Assembly: GCF_009914755.1 (NCBI RefSeq)
Contig: NC_060930.1
Direction: 5' to 3' (one strand)
Length of the DNA stretch: 64,000 nt
From: the human T2T-CHM13v2.0 reference genome, Homo sapiens
Shown here: in pieces, positions 42,527 through 54,049 of the stretch
How the letters are laid out: each line of letters opens with the position of its first letter
How positions within the stretch are numbered: the stretch's first letter is position 1
Notes under the pieces: model-generated
The model's database searches: none
What the model saw: the letters and a program-made list of their open reading frames with translations, nothing else
Told to the model about the DNA's origin: nothing
Position numbers and translations under genes: made by a program

Positions 42527-44009
42527 GATGTGAAGTTTTAAATGTTTATAATTTAATTTTAGGTTGTAGAAATGTATTACATAGAAGAAAATTATGATTA
42601 CTGTTAACTGCCCTTTGTGTGACATCTAACTAAATCATGCTACTATAAATTGTTTAGCTCACTTATCAATACCTGGCATATTGTAATATAAGAGACCTTG
42701 AAAAAGATGCTTTCTCACTGCGAAATTGGAATTCAAGTAGGCATATTACAAATGTATTTTAAAAAGAGTGAAAACAATCTTTTATTCACCACAAATGTCA
42801 CACCAATATTCTTAATATTGTCATCATCATCATCATCATTAAGAAGTACTTATTGAACATCCAATTGCTCTTAATCCAATCTGCTGTAATTGCTGCATCC
42901 CATGGATTCCATCTGATGTAATTGCTGGTGGACACCTTCCCAATTATATGATACACACATTTCCTGCAAGGCAGCTGCAGGAAATAAACAATGAAATATA
43001 AAGCTGTAGTGTATTAGTTCCTTCTTTACCATTGTAGCTAAATATTTTCCAGGTCTTTCTCTCCAGGATAATAGGAAGACATGAGATTCTATTATTTCCT
43101 CATGATCTCAAAACTAAACTGGTGAAATCATATTTTCACTTTTCCAATTAAGAATTGGCTACTTACCTAAAATAGATATGCAACAAATGACCTTATTTGT
43201 CAGTAGTGGTTGCCCATAATTTATTCTCCTTAGCAGTGAATTGGCAGAATATTAAAAGAATTTATGCATACAATGTGTTTAGATCAGTGGCTGGCAGAAA
43301 GTAGAAAATCCAGAAATGGTAATCATTATATCACATTTGATTTGAAATGAAAAGACTCCTTGCCCTTAAGTTCATCAACAGCTCCGGATACATCCCCATA
43401 TTTTCCAATCTAGCCCTTGGAATTCTCTTCACTTTACGTTATCATTAAAGATACTTTAAAAAAGATATCTCATAGATGTATTTGTAGATCTCTTTTGGTA
43501 AGAGTTTCTGACAAATTATTTTAAAAACCAAAAATAGCAAACTAATATTTTCTTGTACATTTATATTCATTTGATTATATGATTTTACATAATCATAATA
43601 TATAATCATAATTATATATAAATTATATAAATGATTTCATATTATATTTTATATTTTTGATATTTTAAATTGTGCTTTAAAATTATAATTTGACATTAAA
43701 CTATTTATTATTAATGTTACGTGCTTTCATAAGATTGAAAATGGTGCAGTCTAATAATGCATTTGACTACATAATTAAAAAAACACAATATTTTTATTTT
43801 TCTTCTATCTTTTTATCTGATACCTTAGTGTCATAAGTAAAAGAAATGCATTTTTGTTGACTGATGGTAGAAGTCTTAAAAACTCATCCTATGTATAATA
43901 CTCTAATGACATGTAAAGCAACAACAGAAGATATAAGTCCCCAACACTCTCAAAAATCAATGTTAAAAATTATCCTTAACCTGAACAACCTTCTGAACAA
44001 TAGCACGCC

Positions 44010-44680
44010 CTATTGTTCCTCCATAGTTATTTTTCACACAGCAGCCAGGGTAATCCTTTTAAGATTTATGGTAGGACCATTTTTTTTTCCCGCTGTAAAC
44101 TCTCCAGTAACTTCCCTTATTAGAATAAAATTCCAAGTCCTTTTTATGGTCTGTGACACATCATCTGACTCCCAGTTACCATTTCCAATTTATCTTTTAC
44201 CATGCACTCCCCTCTTCACTCCATTCTAGATTTTCTGAGTCCTTGAACTTAGATGAAGATGATGAATAAGCTCTCATCTCCAAGTGTAAGCACCTGATGC
44301 ATATTTTGCCTGGTCCACTTTTCTCACATCTGTATGGTTCTTTCTCTCTCTTCATTCAAGTACGAGGTAGCCTTTGATCAGTAAACAGTGTATCTAAAAC
44401 GGCAGCTACTATTACTCCCTGTCATTAACTCTTCATTGCACCTATCACCACCTAGCTATGCCTATATGTAAATATATATAGAACATATGTAAATATATAT
44501 GTATACTCACATATTTGTTCATTGTCTGTCTCTCTTATAAAATGCAAGCTTTATGAGGGAATGAGATTTGTTTCATTCATTCCTATCTCCATAGCTCTGA
44601 AAAAGGGTGCCTAGCCCAGTATTTAGTAGGCACCCTATATAATTTTGTGAAGGAAAAGAAAGAATGAAGGAAGGAAGGAA
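44010..44680 (+). mobile_element. L2a fragment
   Basis: CACACAGCAGCCAGGGTAATCCTTTTAA...AGAATAAAATTCCAAGTCC...TAGTAGGCACCC. Confidence 0.7.
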
Positions 44681-44736
44681 GGATAGAAGGAAAGAACAAA
44701 TAAAATAAGGAAAGAAAAGGAGAAGGCAGAACTTGC

Positions 44737-45298
44737 TAGTGGCACAGGGTTCTCCAGAGAAATAGAACCAATAGGATACTTAGGAGACATATGCCATATA
44801 TCATATACATTTACATATGTGTATTCTCTATATAAAAAGATTTACTATAAGAAATTGGCTCATGCACTTGTGGAGGCTGAGAAGTCCCACAGTCTGCTTT
44901 CAGTAAGCTGGAGACTCAGGAAACCCAGTGGCACATATTCGGTCTGAATCCAGAGGCCTGAGAACCAGGAGAGCCAATTATGTGAATTCTAGCTTAAATC
45001 CAAAGGCCTCAGAACTGGAGGGCCAAAAGTGAAAGTCCTAATCTTAGGACAGGAGAAGACTGATTATCCAGCTGAAACATTTAGGCAGAGAGAGAGAATT
45101 CTCCCTTCTTCACCCTTTCTGTTTTATTCAGGCCCTTAATGAATGGGATGGCCCACCCACACTGGGGAGGACCATCTGCTTCACTGGGTTAAACCTCTTC
45201 TGGAAACAACCTCACTGACACACCCAGAAAAAATGATTAAACAGGTATTTGGGGATCCGTTAGCTCAGACAAGTCAACACATAAAAACAACCATCACA
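44737..45298 (-). mobile_element. MLT2B-like LTR (ERVL)
   Basis: CAGGGTTCTCCAGAGAAATAGAACCAATAGGA...GGAGGCTGAGAAGTCCCAC...AACCATCACA. Confidence 0.85.
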
Positions 45299-45596
45299 CA
45301 CTCTCTAACAAAATTTCAATTGTTCTCTACTCTTTCCATTATGTTTGCCTAACGAAACATATTCAACAATAAACACTCACTCCAGAAGACATCTGCATCA
45401 CCAGTAACTTCATAAACTCTTTCACTTTTACTCTACATTGTGTTGATTATTTATTCTGATACATTATCAGTGAATTAGTAACCATTTATTTTAAATCTGT
45501 TCTCATATTTATGCAGTCACACTATTTAAAAAATCCCAATTCCACTTTTAATCGTTGCAGTTCAGCAGATCTAACTACTATGCATATTTAATATAA

Positions 45597-45732
45597 TTTT
45601 AGGTAGTAGTACAGTATTTGTGTAACATTTTGAATTATAATGTAAATTTCATAGGTGTTATTTTAGTTAAATTTTATAATTACCATTGCACAAGGTAGCA
45701 TCTTAATGAATAACAGAAATGAACTGTATAAA
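45597..45732 (+). repeat. Local duplication B, copy 1 (136 bp)
   Basis: Matches 46925-47060 with 5 substitutions. Confidence 0.97.
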
Positions 45733-46126
45733 AAATAACATTTACATGACAGACAAAAGGCTTGAGATTGTTATAGTAAAAGTTTAATTAAACATAAAAC
45801 ATGAGTAAAACATGAGTAGGGCAGTTCCTTCTATACTGGGAATGTAACAGAGTAAGCCAGTTAAGTTCCTGATCTCAAGAGAATTGTATCCTAATATGGG
45901 GAGAAAAATAGTAAGTTTAAAATAGCAACAAAAACAATAACACTCTAAAATAAATGTTCCCAACCTCTATATTAGTACATCATGACTTGTACTAATATAG
46001 AGTTACACTCTATATTACACTTGGCTGTTACACTTGGCTGAAAGTGAAGTTGAACCTTCCATATAAACCCTCCTAAATATTTGCAAGTGGGACTCAGAGA
46101 ATTCTTGTAGTTACAATAGGCCTCTT

Positions 46127-46524
46127 CTATGCAGAGAGAAGCAAATATGAGAGACTATTTAATCTAAGAGAAATACAAAGAGCAGTTACCTCTGAAATCT
46201 ACTGTATTTCCTGCCATTGGCTGTTCATTTCTGTTAGCATACTCTAATGGGACAGTAAAAGAAAAATACCTTTACTTAGGCTAGAAAGAGAGAGATTCTA
46301 TCCTATGCAACTTAACGATCCCTAACTAAGAAGCGAATATCCCACCAGAGATACCCATAATATTAAAATTTCATAATTTGCATTTGTCATTAGAAAAATA
46401 ATATAAAACTTGTATGGCAATAAATAATCCATTATTTTCATGTTCAAATAATGCTCTAATCTATGGAAATATCATATGCTACAGGCTGGACATTTGCATT
46501 CTTCTAAAATTCATCTGTTGAAGC
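46127..46524 (+). repeat. Local duplication A, copy 1 (about 400 bp)
   Basis: Aligns to 51200-51643 (shared GAAGCAAATATGAGAGACT, AAGAAAAATACCTTTACTTA, GATCCCTAACTAAGAAG). Confidence 0.93.
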
Positions 46525-46827
46525 ATAATTAAACCAAAATATAATTGTGTTTTTGAGAGGTGATTATGTTGTGAGGGTGGAACCCCCAAGAATGAAATTA
46601 GTATGAATGAGAACCCAGAAAACTCTCTTGCCCATTCCCACCATGTGAGGTTAAAGTGAAAAGATGGTCACCTATGAACCACGAAGTGCACTGTCACCAG
46701 ACACCAAATCTGTGGGTGCCTTGATCTAGGATTTCCTGGTCTCCAGAACTGTGACAAATAAATTTCTGTTATTTGTAAGCCACCAGTCTATGGTAATTTT
46801 CTATGGGAGCCTGAACAATTTATGACA
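46477..46827 (+). mobile_element. MLT1A0-like solo LTR
   Basis: TG...CA termini, exact 5-bp TSD TCATA, CACCAGACACCAAATCTG...CCTTGATC. Confidence 0.88.
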
Positions 46828-46879
46828 TCATAATTTCTGTAATCCTATATTGTTGGTTATCTTCTTTTATAAAATAATT

Positions 46880-48160
46880 ACAGAATTTCTGCTTCCTGCT
46901 CTGCTAAAGATGAAGAAAGTAACCTTTTAGGTAGTAGTACCGTATTTGTGTAACATTTTGAATTATAATGTAAATTTCATATGTGTTATTTTAGTTAAAT
47001 TTCATAATTACCATTGCACAAGGTAGAATCTTAATGAATAACAGAAATGAAGTGTATAAAGTAGTAATGTCATTACTACTTCGGCAACAGGAAAGATGGA
47101 TAATTTATAAAAGTAAAATTTATTTTTGTTTTTGTTTTAAACCCATTAGAAATTTGAGAACAAAAAGAAATTAAAACAAATTACAATATAGAAAATGACA
47201 AGCCCTCCTGGGAGAAAAGAGACTTACAGTGGTTTTTATTTCTGATAGAGAAGCAAGAGGATGAGAAAGCAACTATTGGTAGAGGTAAAAGGAGAGTGGC
47301 TAAATTTTTAACAATTTTTTTGGCCATGACTTGACTGGTAAAATACTTTAGAAAACTGAGCAGTCCCAATCACAAAGAGATTCTGCACCTACCCACTAGC
47401 TTTCTCATAGGTCATCACTGAATGTTCACATGATGGAGTTGGAACAGGGAGTAGGAGATGGGAGAGATGACCCCCAAAGGTACATCATAAAAGGTCAGTT
47501 GATGGAACAAAGTCAGATGATAGAACAGAACTGAGAAATAGGCAGCAGCTGCCATTACCCATTAAGAGAAGGACTGGGGTCCTGAGATCAACCCTCCATA
47601 ACTGTTCTTTACCTTCACTGTACACACTGCAAAAGTCTTGCAAGACTGTCTGCAAAAAGAACAAGATAAGAAATAGCTCCTATGGGACAGAAAGCGAGGG
47701 ACAAGAGTGGAGAACAAAGAGAAATCTCCAGCAAATTGAAACACCAAGCAAAAAACCTGGAAAGGTAGGACATATATAAATCAAGAATGACATCATAAGT
47801 AGTTTGGAAATTGGTAGCTGCAGTGTCAATCACAAAGTTGCTTAGTCTTTCTGGTGTTCTAATACCAAGAAAATGGAAGGTCTTGATTGCATATTCAAAT
47901 CTTTAAAGTCAATGATAATCTGAATATAACCAAAGGAACATCAAAACCAGCTAAGCTACAGGTTAGAATGAATTGATGGCTAGCAGCTTACAGATGAAAG
48001 AGTATGCCCTTTTAAGGACAAAAATTAATTGACTTGCACTATTCTTCTACATACAACATTAAGCATGCAATCAAAATAAAGAGATATATGAAGCAAGAAA
48101 ATGTTACCCATCATGAACAACAAAATCAGTCAATAAAAACAGACCTAAAAATGGTCCAGG
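46880..48160 (+). mobile_element. Old L1M 5'/ORF1-proximal fragment
   Basis: TTCTGCTTCCTG...AAGATG 5'-like start; AAGCAAGAAAATGTTACCCAT...AAAATCAGTCAATAAAAACAGACC. Confidence 0.5.
46925..47060 (+). repeat. Local duplication B, copy 2
   Basis: Matches 45597-45732 at an offset of 1328 bp. Confidence 0.97.
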
Positions 48161-48335
48161 TATTGCTTCCTCAAGATTAATTTCAGAATTATCTTGTGAA
48201 TTCCCCTTAAAATATCTCTTTGGCCTTTTAACTTGAATTTTGATGAAAATAAGTATTCAGCTATATCTGGGGAAAATATTAAAAATAAGAAACCTTCTTT
48301 TTCACTAGGATTTTGCCACACTGTATGATACCATG

Positions 48336-48688
48336 TGACATGGTTTGGCTGTGTCCCCACCTAAATCTCATCTTGAAATCATATGTATTGTGAGAGGGAC
48401 CCAGTGGGAAGTGATTGAATCATGAGGGGGTGTCTTTCCTGCACTATTCTCGTGTTAGTGATTGAGTCTTATGAGATCTGATGGTTTTAAAAATGGTAGT
48501 TCCTCTGTACAAGCTCTTTTTACCTGCCACCATCCATGTAAGATGTGACTTGCTCCTCCTTGCCTTCTGCCATGATTGTGAGGCTTCCCCAGCCATATGG
48601 AACTGTGAGTCCAATTAAACGTCTTTCTTTTGTAAATTGCCCAGTCTTAGGTATGTCTTTATCAGCAGTGTGAAAACGGACTAATACA
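48336..48688 (+). mobile_element. THE1A/B solo LTR
   Basis: TGACATGGTTTGGCTGTGTCCCCAC...CATCCATGTAAGATGTGACTTGCTCC...GGACTAATACA. Confidence 0.92.
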
Positions 48689-50054
48689 CGGTGGAATACT
48701 AACAAAGCTAGCAGCATGAAACTTATGGTTCTTGCAGTAGTATGAGAAATATGTAAATATTTTATTCAACAGAAGTACTATTATATGATAATGCTGCCCA
48801 AATGTTTACACTTTAGTACTTACTAACAAGAAGAAAAATACATTTTTATGTGATATTCTTAAGATTTTTAATATCTTTATTTCTTTTTTATGAAGTTGGA
48901 CAATATACTAACTCTATCTCGACAAAAGGCCATGTGGTAGTTTATTGAATTATGTTGTTTACATGCAGTTTTTACCTCAGGCAATCCACTATTCCATCCC
49001 TTTTCTTTACATAGGGCTGACATAGCCTTTATATATGTGCTCACATATAACTTGTGTAGTACTTCTCCATTGGGCAAAGAATAATGTTTCCTGTTGCTCA
49101 ACCAGTTGGTGAAATTGTCTGAACTTCATAAGAAGGCAAAGTCTAATCACTTTATTAACTTTAAATAATTCAATGAGTAAAAGTGTTAATTTTTTCCATA
49201 TTGTTCTTTAAATTTACACTATGCCTATTAGCTGAATTTTTCCTTATTTTTTACTAATTAGAGTCCCTCACAATATTGTTATTTCCCTCACTATTATTTT
49301 TTGCCTCATGGAATTAAATGAATTAGTACATTTTCAACACTCAATTATCTTTATTGTGCAAAAATATTGTGTAGCTAATGAAAACATTTAACTAGCTTTG
49401 TTACATAATCAAATCATTATGTTCTGCATTACATTTTTCAGTGCATTTTGCATAATAAGGGTTAGAATCAACTAGGGAACACACATTCCAATGCCATTTT
49501 AGAAAATGTTTGATTATGCATTGTGCTAAAATATTTTACTCCAACCCAATAGGCCAGTTTCCAGATTCATTTAACCTTAGCATCTACAAAAAGGCTTCCT
49601 GAAGCCATGCCATTGAATATCGAAAGCAGGGTCATTCTTGCTTTGTGCATGTGAATGCTTCTTGACAAGGAAAAGAGATTGAGACAGACCTCTATTTCAT
49701 AATTTCCACTGAAGTACTTTCAGATGTTAACAATTATGTCTCCACAACTTTGATTTGAACTAATGACCTTGGTGTTGATGTTTCTATAACCCAATTAATT
49801 ACTGATTCCTGATTTCTTGAGTTTTAATCTGCCCTTTAAATATTCAGTATAATAGCTCCAGGTAGTAAAATTAAAAGTGTTGCTTACTGATTTCAATGAG
49901 AATGCCTTACTCTGGAGATTGCTTCCTGTTGCAGGATTTGTAACCAATCAATCCAAAATAAAAGCTTTCCATGGAGATGATTAAAGAGTTTGAATTGCTT
50001 GTTGAGCTAAGCAACTTACATTAGAATTTAGTTTTAGACACTGAAGAGTTATAC

Positions 50055-50620
50055 TATTCACTTTCTACTCAGAATAAAACCCAAAGTACCTACAATGCCT
50101 CTTTCTCTTACTATGCCCTTCAGACCCAGTATGACCTTGGACCTTATATCCTTGATTTAATTTCCTATTACATGCCCAGTCACTCTGTCTCAGTCACATT
50201 CAACACCTCACTGCTCTTGGAACAAAGGAGAACTTTTCCCATTCACAGCCTTTGCACAAGCTGTTCTCTTTCTCTAAAATGTCCTTCCTCTAGAAATCCT
50301 CATTCTCAGTCCTTTCCTTCAAGCTTCTGCTCCAGTGTCACATACATAAAATAACATATTGAAAACTAGCAATGATCCTCAAACACTTATCAGCATTCAC
50401 TATGTCCTTTTTTGCTATATTTTGCTTCGTAAACATAATTATATTTTATCATGTCATATATTGACATTCATTTTGTATTGTCTTTCTCTTACTAAAATGA
50501 AGCTCCATGAAAGGGAGTATGAGAGAGGGAAGGGTTTTTTGTCTATAAGCAGTTATTCTCAATAAACAAAAGAATATGTTCACATATAATAAGAATTAAT
50601 TATTAATTAAGCAAATTAAT
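50055..50620 (+). mobile_element. L2a fragment
   Basis: ACTCAGAATAAAACCCAAAG...GCCTTTGCACAAGCTGTTC...AAGCTCCATGAAAGG. Confidence 0.7.
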
Positions 50621-51199
50621 GAAGAATTCCTAATAGTCTAAATGAAGTACCCAAAGGTTTCCTAACTTTCTTTTTCCTTCTTTCTCTCCCTAAGCCTTTT
50701 ATCTCCAGAAGGAGGGTCACAGGACTGATAGAAGTACAAAATAGAATCAATTAAAGTTTTGCTCATAAATATTTCTGTTGCTTTTCACTCTAAACTTTGA
50801 GATTAGGAAATAGAAGACACATATTAGACAGGTCTTGATTATGTCACTTTTCTGCACAAACTTTTCTCTCAGCTTTTCTAAAGCACAACACCTTAAGATG
50901 AATAAGGTCATCCTTTTGTCTGGATTTAACAGGAATTTTTGAAAAACTTCTAACACATAATCATACTATTCTATAATCATTTATTTATTCTCTGATATTA
51001 ATTATTATTTTAGTAAATTATTGAGGAAGGGATTCATACTTAACCTATCTCTATTATGTCTATATATTCTAGCCAAAAAAAAAAATGTGAATACTGAGCA
51101 TGCCTCTCAATTCCATTGGTCTTAATGCCACATGCAAACTGCCCAGACAGTTCATTAAATAGAGAAACTCTTGGAAAATTGATGAAGATACATGAGGCA

Positions 51200-51643
51200 C
51201 TGTGCAGAGGAAGCAAATATGAGAGACTGTTTAATCTAAGAGATACAAAGAGCAGTTACCTGTTAAATCTACTGTATTCCTTACCACTGGCTTTTAGTTC
51301 TTATGGGAATATCCTAATTTGACATTAGAAGAAAAATACCTTTACTTAAGCTAGAAAGAGATGGATTCTATCCCATACAACTTAATGATCCCTAACTAAG
51401 AAGTGTATAGAATCATCAGTGATAACTGTAATTTAAAAATTCGTTAACCAAAATTTCATAATCTGCATTTTTTATTAAAAACATAATAAAAACTTTGACA
51501 ATAAAGAATTTTCTATGTTATTTTCATGTTTTGATAATGTCCCAATCTATAGAATTGAATTGGAGCCTTAATGCTCCAATCTGTAGAAATATCATAGGCT
51601 AACACTAAATGTTTATGTTCTTCCAGAATTCATTTGTTGAAGC
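51200..51643 (+). repeat. Local duplication A, copy 2 (includes the first ~50 bp of the MLT1A0 LTR)
   Basis: Aligns to 46127-46524. Confidence 0.93.
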
Positions 51644-52323
51644 TTAACACTGATTTCTTATTAGACCCTAATAAGAGTGTCTACTGAGTTTTCCAAAAGT
51701 AATTCTCTCCCTTTGGTTAGTCTGTATGCTGGGAATTGCACTAAGTTTGAAACTTATGAATGACCTAGTCCTGAAAATCTCTCCATACCCATATTTTGCT
51801 GTTTGTTTGCTTGCTTGTTTCTTAATCGTTTCTCCCAGGGATATACTTGGCGAGGAAAGTAAAGATAGAATTCACGAAGGTGATATTCTGAATCTTTATT
51901 CAAGAGAAAGAAGTGCATTATTTCATTTCACCCTTTCAATTCCAAATAGCACTCAGGACAAAGCAGAAATGACAACCCTGGGCTGGATTCACCGAGCACC
52001 TGTAATCTCAAGTTGTTTTGTTTTTATGGAGCTTATTCTTCTAATCAGGAGCTGATTCTGCTTTTACTATCTCATACCGAAAACTAAAATATTAATTCCT
52101 CTCAAAAAAGAAATTATAAAAAAGCATTCCCTTCACCACTGAAGTCTACCATAGCTCCACATTACCTCCAGTCTCTTCATTCACCATCACCAGCCTCCAC
52201 CCAGATATACATGCTCTCTCACTAATACATTTGTGAAGTCCAACTAGTGATTTATTTTCTCTTTTTCCATCAAGGAGACAGGGAACAGTTTTTTGTAGTG
52301 TTTTTCTTTTTTCTATTGATTTC

Positions 52324-52451
52324 TTGAGTCACACACTCAGAATTGCCCAATAGTTTTCTTAGTTTTTGATTTTCCATATGGTACTTATTGAGTCACACAT
52401 TCAGGATTGCCCAATAATTTTCTTAGTTTTTGATTTTCCATGTGGTACCTA
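52324..52451. repeat. Tandem duplication, 2 x 64 bp
   Basis: 52324-52387 vs 52388-52451, 5 transitions. Confidence 0.95.
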
Positions 52452-52699
52452 AGAGTTAGCAGCTTTTACCACTTTGTATTAGGAAGCACCTGTTGTGCCA
52501 TTCATAGAGCAGAGTGGAAAAGACCATTTTTGTCCTGTTCTGACTAGTTGTTTCATTATTCTTGATGTCTTGAATTCCTCAGTTTGATGAATGGGAAACT
52601 CATCAGTAAACCATCTTAATCTCAACTATCTAATATTTTACTCTCTCCTGTTAATTGGGAGGTAAGGGGCACCACTGCCTTTCAAAATCTTTTGCCCCT

Positions 52700-53064
52700 T
52701 CTCAGTATGTTTGGGGTGCTAAACAGAATATCACAGACTGGGTGACTTAACATAAACGACAGTTCATTTATCGCAGTTCCAGAGGCAGGGAGCTTTAAGA
52801 TCAAGGTACTTGGACAATTGAATGTCTGATGAGGGCTTGCTTTCTGGCTCATAGTTGGCCATCTTTTCCCTGCATCCTCATATGGCAGAAGAGGCAAGGG
52901 AATTCTTTGAGGTCTCTTTTTTTAGAACAATAATCCCACTCATGAGGGCTCCTCTCTCATGACATGATCACCTTCTAATGGCCTCATCTCCTAATATCAT
53001 CACTTTGAGGATTAGGATTTCAACATACAAATTTTGGGAGGACACAAACATTCAGTCTATAGCA
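52700..53064 (-). mobile_element. MLT1A-like solo LTR
   Basis: CACAGACTGGGTGACTTA...TAATCCCACTCATGAGGGCTCC...GGACACAAACATTCAGTCTATAGCA. Confidence 0.88.
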
Positions 53065-53149
53065 TCTCATAAGAGTGGATCTTGGTGCTTCAGTCTAAAA
53101 AACATCCTGAGTCACCTTAAGGTCAAGTGGATAGGCAACAGAACATTTT

Positions 53150-53340
53150 GTCTAAGGGTGCACCCAAGCTCTAAATCAGGCAGACTGAGTCCAAACTATA
53201 GTTCTGTCACTCATAAACTGTATGGCTGCAGAGTAGTTACTTAATCTTTCTAATCCTCACATTTTCCCTTTGAAAACTGGGGAAAATAATACACCTATTT
53301 CAAAGAGTATTTCTACTACAAAATGTGATCTCAATTTTTA
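53150..53340 (+). mobile_element. MIR SINE
   Basis: TCAGGCAGACTGAGTCCAAAC...GTTACTTAATCTTTCTAATCCTCAC...ATAATACACCT. Confidence 0.65.
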
Positions 53341-53897
53341 GGTATTATGATTTCTAATATTTCTATTATATGAATATGCCCAGATTAATCAAGATTCCCT
53401 TCAATCATTTATTCATTGGTGTGGTGGTAAATGGGAAGAAAATCAATCACATCTCATGGCAGAAATGTGTTTTATTTAAATATTAACCTTTTGAACTCAT
53501 GAACACTTTGGTAATCTGATGAGTTGCCAATGCTCCTCATAAGCTTACACCATAAAATTGAATATAAATTTAATATGATCATGTATCTCTTGAAGCTCAT
53601 CCATTGACTGTTTACTCGAAATAACTCTTAATTTATATCTATAAGAAACATGAACCACCAAACTAAGGCAGATCATTAGGCTTTATATTTTTGATTTATT
53701 TTAAAGGTCTCAACAAATTGTTATTACAAAATGGGATTTAACTCTGAAAGTAGTTAAGTAATTTGTGTTACATTTGATGGATTTTGCTGGATGCTCTAGT
53801 TAAAATGGTTAGTTCAGAATCTTCCTATGGAATTGAAATGACTTTTAGAAAAAGCAATAAGCACTCAGTGGTCATAGTTGGCCATCTTTTCATGACA

Positions 53898-54049
53898 ATA
53901 TTAGGAGGTGGGGCCATTAGGATGTGATCAAGTCATGACAGAGGAGCCCTCATGAATGGGATTAGTGTTCTAAAAAAGAGACCTCAAAGAACTCCCTTGA
54001 ATCTTCTGCCATGTGAGGATGCAGGGAAAAGATGGACAACTATGAGCCA
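53898..54049 (+). repeat. Inverted partial copy of the adjacent MLT1A LTR (52845-52997)
   Basis: Reverse complement aligns with 13 substitutions and 1 indel over 153 bp. Confidence 0.9.

Noticed and set aside
51597-54049. Idea that the LTR start at ~51597 and the LTR middle at 53898 are one MLT1A split by a 2.2-kb insertion
   Set aside because: The 53898 piece is much closer to the inverted 52845-52997 LTR than to the 46477 LTR from which the 51597 piece derives
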